From: Vulcanimicrobiota bacterium
Lineage (GTDB): Bacteria > Vulcanimicrobiota > Vulcanimicrobiia > Vulcanimicrobiales > Vulcanimicrobiaceae
DNA length: 64,000 nt
Assembly: GCA_963820825.1 (NCBI GenBank)
Contig: CAWGBN010000005.1
Location: forward strand, 171,566 to 235,565
Direction: 5' to 3'
The stretch's first letter is position 1; every line of letters begins with the position of its first letter. The notes beneath the pieces were generated by a model. That model searched no databases. It saw only the letters and a list, made by a program, of their open reading frames with translations, and was not told where the DNA came from. Shown piece after piece: positions 54,883 to 63,856 of the stretch. Position numbers and translations under genes: made by a program.

Positions 54883-55050
54883 ATGATCGACGTCGGCGGG
54901 GTTCTCTACGGAACGACAAGTCCTGGAGGCAGCCACGCCGTCGGCAGCGTGTTCTCCATTACGACGGCCGGGCGCAGAAAACGTCGTATATAGCTTCCAG
55001 TGAACGCCGGACGGCGCGGGCCTACGAGCCGCCGATGGTTCGCATCAATG
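54883..55050 (+). pseudogene. Decayed fragment of a TIGR03803-type repeat gene
   Basis: MIDVGGVLYGTTSPGGSHAVGSVFSITTAG, then frameshift, ENVVYSFQ, stop, TPDGA. Confidence 0.6.
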
Positions 55051-55176
55051 CCAGATTGCCGGAAGCGCCAGCGGATTGCGTAGACGCGGTACCGGTGCTA
55101 TTCTGGGCCAAAGCTCGGTTGGCCGAGGCCTGGCAAGCCGTATGGAACTTCCCGTGTCCTAGGAATCGGAGGGGAA

Positions 55177-56394
55177 ATGAAGGTCCAAGCCCACGCGACT
55201 GTCATTGCGGTTTTTTCGCTTTCATTCTTTTCCGGCTGTTCGGATGCACCGCAATCCGCGACGCCGGCGTCGATGGGGTTGCCGAGCATCTCATCGTCGC
55301 ACTTCGGTACCGGGACTGGACGGTTTTCGAAGTCGGGCCTCTCTTCGGAGACCGTGCTCTACAGCTTCGCGAATTCTCCGACTGACGGTGCGAACCCATT
55401 TGCCCCTCTGCTCAACGTAAACGGAACCTTGTACGGCACCACAATTTCTGGCGGTGCGAGCAATAACGGCACGGTTTTTAAGATCTCGACCTCCGGCGCG
55501 GAACAGGTGCTCTATAGCTTCGCGGGCGGCGCCGACGGCGCCAATCCGTATAGCGGTCTCGTAAAAGTTGGCAACAAGCTCTACGGCACGACTGCGTTCG
55601 GCGGGACAAATAACAACGGTACGGTGTACTCGCTAACGACCGGCGGCGTGGAGAAGGTTCTCTACCGATTCACAGGCTCTCCGGATGGTGCAATCCCCTA
55701 TGCTACGTTGACGAATGTCAACGGAACGTTGTACGGCACGACCGATCATGGTGGAGCTGACGAATATGGGGAGATTTTTAGTATCACAACCTCCGGTACG
55801 TATAGCCCGCTCCACAGCTTCGTCGGTGCTCCGGCGGATGGCGCACATCCCTATGCCGCGCTTACGAATGTTGGCGGCACGTTGTACGGTGCGACGACCG
55901 TCGGTGGGTCGAGTGATATGGGCACGATCTTCACCGCTACGACCAGCGGGTCTGAAAACGTGTTCTATAGCTTTTTGGGTGGACACGACGGTGCCAATCC
56001 GTACGGCGGCCTCGTAAAAGTGGGCAACAAGCTGTACGGTACGACAACCCAGGGCGGCAAAGATGACGGAACTGTTTTTAAGATCATTATAACGTCGGGT
56101 ATCGAAAAGGTACTCTACCGATTTACTGGAAGTGCCGATGGCGCGCATCCTTATGCCGGCCTTGCGTACGTCAACGGAACGCTTTACGGCACGACCCAGC
56201 AGCAGGGTGTCGGCGGCAACGGAACGATTTTCGGTATTACCTCCTCCCGCATTTACAGCAAGCTCTATGACTTTGGCCCTTCGCCCGATGGCTCGACTCC
56301 GTACGCGACTCTGCTAAACGTGAACGGTACTTTCTACGGCACGGCGTTTGCCGGCGGCGCCGGCAGCGGTGTCGTCTATACATTTTCGCCATAG
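55177..56394 (+). CDS. TIGR03803-type (GloVer) tandem-repeat lipoprotein
   Basis: About seven repeats of VLYSF.G..DGA.P...L.NV.G.LYGTT..GG...GTVF; lipobox FSGC. Confidence 0.85.
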   Translation: MKVQAHATVIAVFSLSFFSGCSDAPQSATPASMGLPSISSSHFGTGTGRFSKSGLSSETVLYSFANSPTDGANPFAPLLNVNGTLYGTTISGGASNNGTVFKISTSGAEQVLYSFAGGADGANPYSGLVKVGNKLYGTTAFGGTNNNGTVYSLTTGGVEKVLYRFTGSPDGAIPYATLTNVNGTLYGTTDHGGADEYGEIFSITTSGTYSPLHSFVGAPADGAHPYAALTNVGGTLYGATTVGGSSDMGTIFTATTSGSENVFYSFLGGHDGANPYGGLVKVGNKLYGTTTQGGKDDGTVFKIIITSGIEKVLYRFTGSADGAHPYAGLAYVNGTLYGTTQQQGVGGNGTIFGITSSRIYSKLYDFGPSPDGSTPYATLLNVNGTFYGTAFAGGAGSGVVYTFSP

Positions 56395-56852
56395 TCTCAG
56401 CACAGCGAAAGGAACGCCGGATGCGACTATTTCATCCGAACCGGTCCGCGTTTATTATTTGCGCGACCGTAATGATGTTGCCGGCCTGCGGATCGCTGGG
56501 ATCGGCAGGAACGCAGTTGCCCAACGGACCCCAAACGCCCGATGGCATACATCCAGGTACCTATAGCTACCGCATCGTCCATAAATTCATCCTCCGGACG
56601 GGGGCCCTTCCCTACGGCGCGCCGATCAACGTAAACGGCACGCTCTACGGTACAACCTCTGCCGGAGGTAAGTACGAAGGGGGAACTGTTTACAGCTTCA
56701 GCCCTATTACCGGCAAAGCAACGACGTTGCATAACTTTGGAAAGGGCAACGATGGGTCGGTCCCAGAGGTGGCCTCGGTTAGCTGAACACCCCGTTGTGT
56801 GATGACTTCGCTCTCTGCGGGTCGAAGGGACCAGCGAAAAGGAGCAGTCATC

Positions 56853-57152
56853 GTGAGTCGTTCTCGTCGTAACCACACGCCGGCCTTCAAAGCCAAGGTG
56901 GCGTTAGCGGCAATCAAGGGAGATCAAACCGTCGCGGAGCTCGCCAAGCGCTTCGACGTCCACCCGAACTCGATCGTTCAATGGAAAACGCAACTGCTCG
57001 AGAGAGCAGCTGAAGCCTTTGGCGGCGAGAGTCCCAAGCAAAGCGGTCCTGATGTTCGGGATTTACATGCCAAGATCGGCCAGCTGGCGCTGGAGAATGA
57101 TTTTTTAGAACGCGCGCTCGGGCGTATCGACGGGTCGAGCGCAAGGCGATGA
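56853..57152 (+). CDS. IS3 transposase OrfA
   Basis: RRNHTPAFKAKVAL..ELAKRFDVHPN..WK..LHAKIGQL.LENDFL; T6 slippery tract near 57100. Confidence 0.9.
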   Translation: MSRSRRNHTPAFKAKVALAAIKGDQTVAELAKRFDVHPNSIVQWKTQLLERAAEAFGGESPKQSGPDVRDLHAKIGQLALENDFLERALGRIDGSSARR

Positions 57153-57974
57153 TCATTCGCGGCCATGCTTTGCCACTATCACGTCAAGCCGACGTGCTCA
57201 ACCCTTTCGCGCGGCAGCTTATATTACAAAGCCGTCCCGGTCTCCGATGCGGATCTTGACCTGATGCGTGAAATCGACGTGTTGCACACCGATCGGCCGT
57301 TTTGCGGGGCTCGGATGTTGCGCGACATTCTCCGGCGTAAAGGCTATGAGATTGGCCGCCGGCACGTTGGCCGGCTGATGCGCCTAATGGGCATCGAAGC
57401 GCTGTACCGCAAGAAGAAAGGCACAAAGACGAATCCCGCGCACCCGATCTATCCCTATCTTCTGAGAAATCTCGTCATCGACCGCCCGGATCAAGTCTGG
57501 TGCGCCGATATTTCGTACATCCCAATGCGGCGCGGCTTTCTCTACCTCTTCGCAATCTTGGACTGGCGAACACGGCGAGTGCTGACGTGGCGGCTTTCGA
57601 ACAGCCTCACGGCTGACTTCTGCATGGATGCGGTCGAAGCGGCGGTCGCGACGTATGGTTGCCCGGAGATCTTCAATACCGATCAAGGCTGCCAGTTTAC
57701 GGCGCTGGCGTTCGTCGAGATGCTCAAAAACTATGGAATCGCCATCAGCATGGACGGCCGCGGCGCCTGGCGGGACAACGTTTTTGTCGAGCGGTTTTGG
57801 CGTTCGCTGAAGTACGAGGAAGTCTATTTGCGCGCCTATGAGACCGCCAGCGAAGCCAAGCACTTCATCGGGCGCTACGTTTCATTCTACAACGCGGACC
57901 GGCCGCACTCGGCCCTCGACGGGCAAACCCCGGACGAGGTATACTTCAATAGGTCGACCGAAAGGGCGGCGTAA
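57149..57974 (+). CDS. IS3 transposase OrfB (DDE; one extra base near 57200)
   Basis: WCADISY, NTDQGCQF, DNVFVERFWRSLKYE, YN..RPHS. Confidence 0.92.
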
Positions 57975-58908
57975 CTAGCGTGGTCATCACACAGCGAAGG
58001 CCGGTACACTGTTCAAAAAACCGGCGCCACCTCTCCCGTACGGCGACCTCGTAAACGTGAACGGCACGCTTTACGGTACGACAGAAATCGGCGGCCGCTT
58101 CAGTGAGGGAACCGTATTTAGCATTACACCGAGCGGCAGCGAGAGTCTGGTATGGAGCTTTGGAAGGGGCCATCGGAGCGGCTATGACCCCGTAACAGGG
58201 TTGATCACAATCGGCAACACTCTCTACGGGACGACGGTATTGGGTGGCAAGTATGGTTCGGGAACGATCTACACCGTAGAAGCCGGCGTTGGCGAAAGCC
58301 CAGCCGTAACGCTGTACAGTTTCGGCGCCAATCCTTACGATGGAGCTAATGCCAACAAATTAATGGAGGCATCCGGGCAAATTTACGGTACAACGGTGTC
58401 GCCCGGGACCGTATTTGTCATAAATCCGGACGGATCCCGCTATCGCAATCTCTACAGATTCGGAACCCAAGGCCCGTATGATGCCGCCCTCCCGCAAGGA
58501 AGCCTAACACTGATCGACGGCTGGTTCTACGGCGTCTCGTCTGGAGGCGGCAAATACGACGACGGTACCGTTTTTAAGGTTTCGTCAGATGGCGCCGAGC
58601 AAGTACTGCATAGCTTCAACTACGACGATGGTCGTAGCCCGGAAGTCCAGCTGGTTAACAACGACGGAGCGCTGATTGGAGTGACCTCTGACGGCGGTGC
58701 ATTTCCGCGCGAAGGAGGAACCGTCTTTAGTATCAGCACGTCGGGAGACTTGCAGACCTTACATAGCTTCGGCCACGGCAGAGACGGCTGGTCTCCAAAG
58801 TCGGCGGTGCTAAATGTCAATGGCGTGCTGTATGGAACGACTATTTACGGGGGAAGAATCCCAGACCAAGACGGCGTCATCTACGCGCTGACACCCTAAA
58901 CACTGTTT

Positions 58909-58986
58909 TGGTGCGCCCGGCCAGAATCGAACTGGCAACCTTGGGCTTAGGAGTCCCCTGCTCTATCCAGTTTGAGCTACGGGCGC
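58909..58986 (-). tRNA. tRNA-Arg (CCT) with two anticodon-stem mismatches
   Basis: Perfect acceptor, D and T stems and encoded CCA; anticodon arm GGGGA CT CCT AA GCCCA. Confidence 0.85.
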
Positions 58987-59002
58987 GCACGTGATTCGCT
59001 CT

Positions 59003-59078
59003 ATTTTATGCGGGTTTTCAGTCCCTTGTCCAGTCAGGAGCGTGGTCCCATACCGCGATTGGTTGCAGTTTGGTTGCA
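59003..59078 (-). promoter_or_regulatory. Candidate tRNA promoter and integrase arm-type repeats
   Basis: TGGACA-18bp-TAAAAT (59032-59003). Direct repeat TTGGTTGCA at 59059-67 and 59070-78. Confidence 0.5.
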
Positions 59079-59104
59079 AGAGGCCACTCCTTACCGACCC
59101 TGGG

Positions 59105-60228
59105 TCAGCCCGAGCGCTTCTGGACCGCCGCGTGTCTGGCCTGGGCTAGGGCTAGTGCGTCGCCGACCCGGTCGATCATGGCGCTCTTCGCTCCGGCTAC
59201 GACGTGGCCATAGACGTTGAGAGTTGTGGACGCCTGCCCGTGGCCTATGACCGCCGAAACAGTATTCACGTCGCTCCCTTCAGCGAGGGCTGATGTAGCC
59301 ATGAAATGGCGGCACGAATGTAGGGTCGCTCCCTTGATTTCCGCGAGGCGCACCAGCTTCGCGAATGCCTTCGAGAGGCCATCGAGATCCGGCGGACCAC
59401 CGGCCTTATCAGCAAACACGAAATTTCTATCCTCGTAAGCGCCGTGCTCTGCGTGCAGGTTTTCAGCAGCTTGCTTTGCCCGCAACGCCCTCAGCGCTTC
59501 AACGGCTGCCGCTGACAGCGGAACGACTCGTTCACGTCCGGTTTTCGTAGTCTTCAAGAAGAACCCGCCGCGTCGATCTTCGCCAAAGGCTTGCCGCACG
59601 AAGATGCACCGATTTCGGAAGTCAACGGAATCCCATTGGAGCGCGGCCAGTTCGGCACGCCGACAACCAGTTGACAGAGCGATGAGAAGAAATGTCTCGT
59701 AGCCTGATCCTTCTGCTAGAGCGAGCAGCGTAGCCGCTTCATCGGCGGTCAGTGCCCGTGCTCTTGACGGGTTTGGACGTGGCGCTTCGATAAGGTTGGC
59801 AACGTTACGCCCTACTAGCGACATCCGCTCCGCCCATCGAAGCATTCGATGAATAAAACGATGCACCCGAACAAGGCTTGTCCCGCCCAACGGCTTACCG
59901 ATTCGTTTCTTTTTGCGATCTTCGCCAGAGGATAATTTACGAGTGTAGACGACAGGCTGGGAGCCTAGCTTAGCTAACAACTCTGCAATGTGAGCAGGTT
60001 TAAGTTTGGAGACGACGATTCCGCCCAACGCTGGCTCGACGTGATGCTTCCAGTGCTCTTCATATCGCGCATAGGTTGCAGGAGCAAGTCGGCTTTTCAC
60101 GTCTTGAAAGAACTTGTCTGCAACTTGCGAGAGCGTGAGTGTCTGAGTAGGAAGGTCGAAGCCCTGGTCGCGTGCTTGGAGCGCGTCCCGCTCCGCTTTT
60201 TGAGCTAGTTCCTTGGTGTCAAAGGGTT
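59105..60228 (-). pseudogene. Phage/ICE tyrosine integrase lacking its N-terminus (cut by an IS3 element)
   Basis: TGCRRAEL, KTTKT, LHSCRH, IGH, LNVY catalytic set. The ORF start in the track lies within the IS. Confidence 0.88.
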
Positions 60229-60240
60229 TGAGCCCATTTC

Positions 60241-60540
60241 TTAGTCCACCGGCGATTGTGGGATTGGTGTAGAAAAGTTTTCGACGAACTCCTTGGGCGT
60301 AAGATAGTTTAGCGACGAGTGCGGCCGAACCTCGTTGTAATCCACGAGCCATGCATCGGCCTCTTCGCGGATCTGCAGGAGAGTCCTGAAGACTTGCACG
60401 TTGAGGAACTCGTCGCGCACGCGAGCGTTGAAGGACTCGATCCAGGCGTTCTGTGCGGGTTTCCCGGGATCAATGAAGTGCAGCAGAACATTGTGATCGA
60501 TCGACCACTGCAGCATCGCGCCGGCGACGTTTTCCGGACC
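60241..60540 (-). pseudogene. 3' fragment of IS3 OrfB
   Basis: GPE...FIDPGKPAQNAWIESFNARVRDEFLN..YNEVRPHSSL. Confidence 0.9.
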
Positions 60541-60620
60541 GTGATACATACAAGACGGGGCGCTGCCCCCATGGCGAACGGAGGTGTATCTGACTCATCT
60601 CCGCTGGAGGCAACGACCCT

Positions 60621-61883
60621 ATGGCAAAGTTCCGTGCTGCTCCAACGGCGCCCGCCTGGCTCGCAATCGACGTCGCCAAAAACCGACACGTGGCGCTGCT
60701 GGAGGACGAGGCCGGCATTCGCCGGCGTTTGACAGTTCCAAACACGCAAGAAGGTTTCGACGAGTTGGCAGGGATTCTGGCGCCGCATCTTCCCTGCGAG
60801 GTCGCGCTGGAACCAACCGGAGACTATCACCGACCCCTGGCGAACTTCTTGCTCCGGCGAGGCCACCGCGTTCATTTCGTATCGTCGATCGCTACAAATC
60901 GGACGAGAGAAGCGCTGTTCAACTCGTGGGATAAAAACGATCCGAAGGATGCGCAGGTGATTCTGCATTTGCTCAAGAGCGGTACAACGCAGGTGTTCGC
61001 CGATCCACTGCAACGTGGCAACCAAGATCTTCAGGAACTGCTCGGTACCTATCGGCAGATCACCGACCGAAAGACGCGAGCCTACCATTCGCTGATGACG
61101 CACTATTTGCCGCTGTACTTCCCGGAAGCAGAGCCCTTCCTGAGCAATCCGCGCGGCGAGTGGTTCTTGGAGGTCATGCGCATAGCGCCATGCCCTTCCA
61201 CGGTCCTTCAATATACCAAAAGGACATTCGTCAAAAGGTTTACTGCAGCGGGAGGGCATTTTACATCTCGGCAAAGTCTCGTCGCCAGCTACTACGAAAT
61301 TGCCAAGGAAAGCGTGGGAATTCCAGTGGCGGCGGATTCGCAGGCCGCCCAGATGTTCCAACTCGCGATTGAGCAGTACATCGGCCTCATGAAGCTTCGA
61401 CGGCAGCTTCAGGAGCTCATTGACGCACAACTCGAGAACAACATCGATTATCAGCGCCTGCGCTCTATCCCTGGAATCGGCCCTATTGTTGCTCTAACGG
61501 TTCTCGCTGAAGGCGGAGATTTACGCCGCTTCAGCCACCATCGCAAATTTCTTAACTACTGTGGCCTTTCTTTGTCGACGATGCAATCCGGAACGTCACG
61601 CGGCCGACCGCAGCTCTCCAAACGCGGCAATGCTCGACTGCGATGGGCCTTCTGGATGGCAGCCAATGCTGCCATCAATCAGCGCCGAAACTCGTTTCGG
61701 AAAAAGTACGACGACTACGTTCGTCGCGATCCACTGGATGCCGATCTCAAAAGAAGAGCGTATGTCGCCGTAGCAGCGAAGATTGCGCGCGTCGCTTACG
61801 GCTTGATCAAATCTGGAAAAGAGTACCGCCACTATTTCGAAGCGGCGGTGCACGACGGGAGAATCCCTTCGCTGGGCCGTTGA
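60621..61883 (+). CDS. IS110-family DEDD recombinase/transposase
   Basis: AIDVAK, ALEPTG, KNDPKDA, SIPGIG, QSG catalytic-serine region, SKRGNARLR. GGAGG RBS. Confidence 0.95.
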   Translation: MAKFRAAPTAPAWLAIDVAKNRHVALLEDEAGIRRRLTVPNTQEGFDELAGILAPHLPCEVALEPTGDYHRPLANFLLRRGHRVHFVSSIATNRTREALFNSWDKNDPKDAQVILHLLKSGTTQVFADPLQRGNQDLQELLGTYRQITDRKTRAYHSLMTHYLPLYFPEAEPFLSNPRGEWFLEVMRIAPCPSTVLQYTKRTFVKRFTAAGGHFTSRQSLVASYYEIAKESVGIPVAADSQAAQMFQLAIEQYIGLMKLRRQLQELIDAQLENNIDYQRLRSIPGIGPIVALTVLAEGGDLRRFSHHRKFLNYCGLSLSTMQSGTSRGRPQLSKRGNARLRWAFWMAANAAINQRRNSFRKKYDDYVRRDPLDADLKRRAYVAVAAKIARVAYGLIKSGKEYRHYFEAAVHDGRIPSLGR

Positions 61884-62004
61884 GGCGACTACGACCTCGT
61901 AGATAATGCTCGGATCTCCCGATGGCAGCAAACTCCGTTTTGAGCTCGGTGAAGGCTCGTTTCCGAGACCTTGTGTCATCATGGTTGGAGCTATTGCGTC
62001 GTCG
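61857..62004 (+). ncRNA. Predicted bridge (seek) RNA with target-binding and donor-binding loops
   Basis: Two stem/internal-loop/hairpin modules (61857-61920, 61920-62004). Loop segments match both sides of the target and both sides of the donor junction. Confidence 0.8.
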
Positions 62005-62095
62005 AGGGGCATCTCGGCAAGGGTGTGCAAGCTCGGCTTTGCTGTCGACGGGCATCGTTATGCCTACTAGTGGGGTTGACTTTCGTACTTAGCTC

Positions 62096-62650
62096 GTTAT
62101 CAACGCGAAGGCGCGTGGGATAACCGCGGATCTGGGCGATGTCATCGAGCGTTCGAATTACGCGGCGGCTGGTGATCGAAAAGTCTGGGTCGACCGCGAG
62201 ACCTTCGCGGCTGAAGCGGTCCTCGATCGTCAGCAACCGCACTTTGCGCTTGGTCATGAGGATTTCGTGCATGAAATCCAGTCCCCATTCTTCATTGAGC
62301 TTTGTCGGAGCCGGTGAAACGTTGCCGCGCACCAATCGCACGCGTCGCTTCTTGCGCGGTCGCACCTGCAATCGCTCATCGCAATACAGGCGGCGCAGGC
62401 GTTTGTGGTTCATCACGAGGCCTTCACGCTTGAGCAGGATCTTAAGCCGGCGCCATCCGAATCTCGGCCGCTCTTGCGCAATGCAACGCAACCGATCGCG
62501 GACGTGCTCGTCGCCGGGGCGTTTGCGTGGTTTGTATCGTACGGTCGGTCGGGGGCAGGTCGCGAGGCGGCACGCTTGCCGCTGGCTGATCCCCTCGGCC
62601 TCTAACGCCCTCACCGCTTCCTTGCGCGCTGAGGGCCCCACCCGTTTTTT
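62096..62650 (-). pseudogene. 5' fragment of IS3 OrfB
   Basis: ISQRQACRL, RPRFGWRRL, WGLDFM, GYPTRLRVDN, breaking exactly at the IS110 end. Confidence 0.9.
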
Positions 62651-62906
62651 CGAATCACCTCGGACATCGCGCGGATCTCGAGGGCTTGACGCGCGATGAT
62701 GCGCTCCATCTGCGAGTTTTCGGATTCGAGCTCTTTCAGACAGGTGAGATCGCTGATGTCGAGCCCGGCGTATTTGCTTCGCCACAGTCGCAGCGTGTTG
62801 ACGTGAACGCCGTGTTTGCGAGCGAGCTCAGCTGCGGATCGGCCGGCGTCGAGCTCTTGAAGGATCGCGACGATTTGCGCTTCGGTGTAGCGCTTCGCTT
62901 GCGCAT
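62611..62906 (-). CDS. IS3 (IS407-like) OrfA (small indel near start)
   Basis: KRYTEAQIVAIL..ELARKHGV..WRSKYAGL..LKELESEN. Confidence 0.88.
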
Positions 62907-63024
62907 GCGGGTCTCCTTTGCAGGCCATCTTGGCCGGAAAACCACAATTCCCATTGGACTAGATTCCGGGGCTCAAACCCAAGGGGCACTTCCTGCAGCT
63001 CTGGTATCATAAAGTAGAGCACTA

Positions 63025-63856
63025 ATGTTATACTGTTCTCAATGTGGCGGGCGCTTAACAGGTCCGTTCTGCAGCAACTGCGGCACTCAGACCGGCATCG
63101 TGCCCGCTGCGGGGATGCAGATGGGTGGCTTCGCGACGCGCACCGCGGAACAACTCCCGCCTGCTCCTCCGGTGGCTGGAGATTTTTGCGCGCGCTTTTT
63201 CCGAGGCTTGGGCTCGGCTGGAAGTGCGTCCGCAGTTCTTCTTCGGTTTTTTAGTCATTGCTACAATGCTCGGCGGATTCGCACTTGCCGCACCAAGTAG
63301 CTGGGCGACGGCAGACTATTCCGCAACGACAAACGTTTTGGTAATAGAGCTACTAGCTCTTGCGGTTATTCTACAATATTTCGTTATCGCCGACGCGATC
63401 CGGGCTGTTGTGCCCTCATTCCGATTAACAGTTCTACTTTTTGTGCTACTGGCACTGGTCAATGCCGGGTATAGCATCATTGTAGAAGTAGGCATTTTCT
63501 TGCTGATCGTTCCGGGATTCTACCTTGCAGTAAAATTGTCGCTATGGGTTCCATATCTTTTATTCGGTAATAGTGACGCGTTTACAGATTCGTTTAGTGA
63601 TACGACTGGGGCGTTCTGGGAGACGGCCTTGTTAAACTTTTTGGCCTGGGCGGTTTGCAGCATTGGCCTCTACGCTGTCTACGCGCTGGTATTTATTTTT
63701 GCTGAAGTGTGGCGCGCCTCAGCGGTGATAGTTGCGCCTGTTGCCACCGCCGCTGGGCTCTATTTGTGCACCGCGGTGTGGCTCATGTGGGTTCACTGGG
63801 CCGACGCATTGCTACAACGGCGCAGCGGCCGAAGCCAAAGCCCGGCGTCACAATAA
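63025..63856 (+). CDS. Zinc-ribbon + membrane-domain hypothetical protein (apparent frameshift near 63200), lower GC
   Basis: YCSQCG..FCSNCG N-terminus; hydrophobic domain with IVPGFYL in a second frame. Confidence 0.6.

Larger units (their letters stand above)
56765..58034 (+). mobile_element. IS3-family insertion sequence (1270 bp)
   Basis: IRs AGAGGTGGCCTCGGTTAGCTGAACA and (rc) AGAGGTGGCGCCGGTTTTTTGAACA. CCC direct repeats at 56762-64 and 58035-37. Confidence 0.93.
56421..58899 (+). pseudogene. TIGR03803-type repeat lipoprotein gene split by an IS3 element
   Basis: Removing 56765-58037 restores the in-frame repeat DGSVP-YGDLVNVNGTLYGTT. Confidence 0.9.
60543..62094 (+). mobile_element. 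IS110-family element with long 3' non-coding end
   Basis: Flanked by CGT on both sides (60540-42, 62095-97). Removing it restores IS3 codons GAT AAC GGT CCG GAA (DNGPE). Confidence 0.93.
60229..62975 (-). mobile_element. IS3-family (IS407-like) element interrupted by IS110
   Basis: Ends TGAGCCCATTTCTTAGTCCA and (rc) TGAGCCCCGGAATCTAGTCCA. orfA/orfB with A6C slippery site at 62650-62644. Confidence 0.9.

Noticed and set aside
61959..61970. GTTTCCGAGACC as the left target guide (resembles target TTTCCGGACC)
   Set aside because: Needs an insertion and is buried in the donor-loop hairpin. 61872-80 fits better in both sequence and structure.
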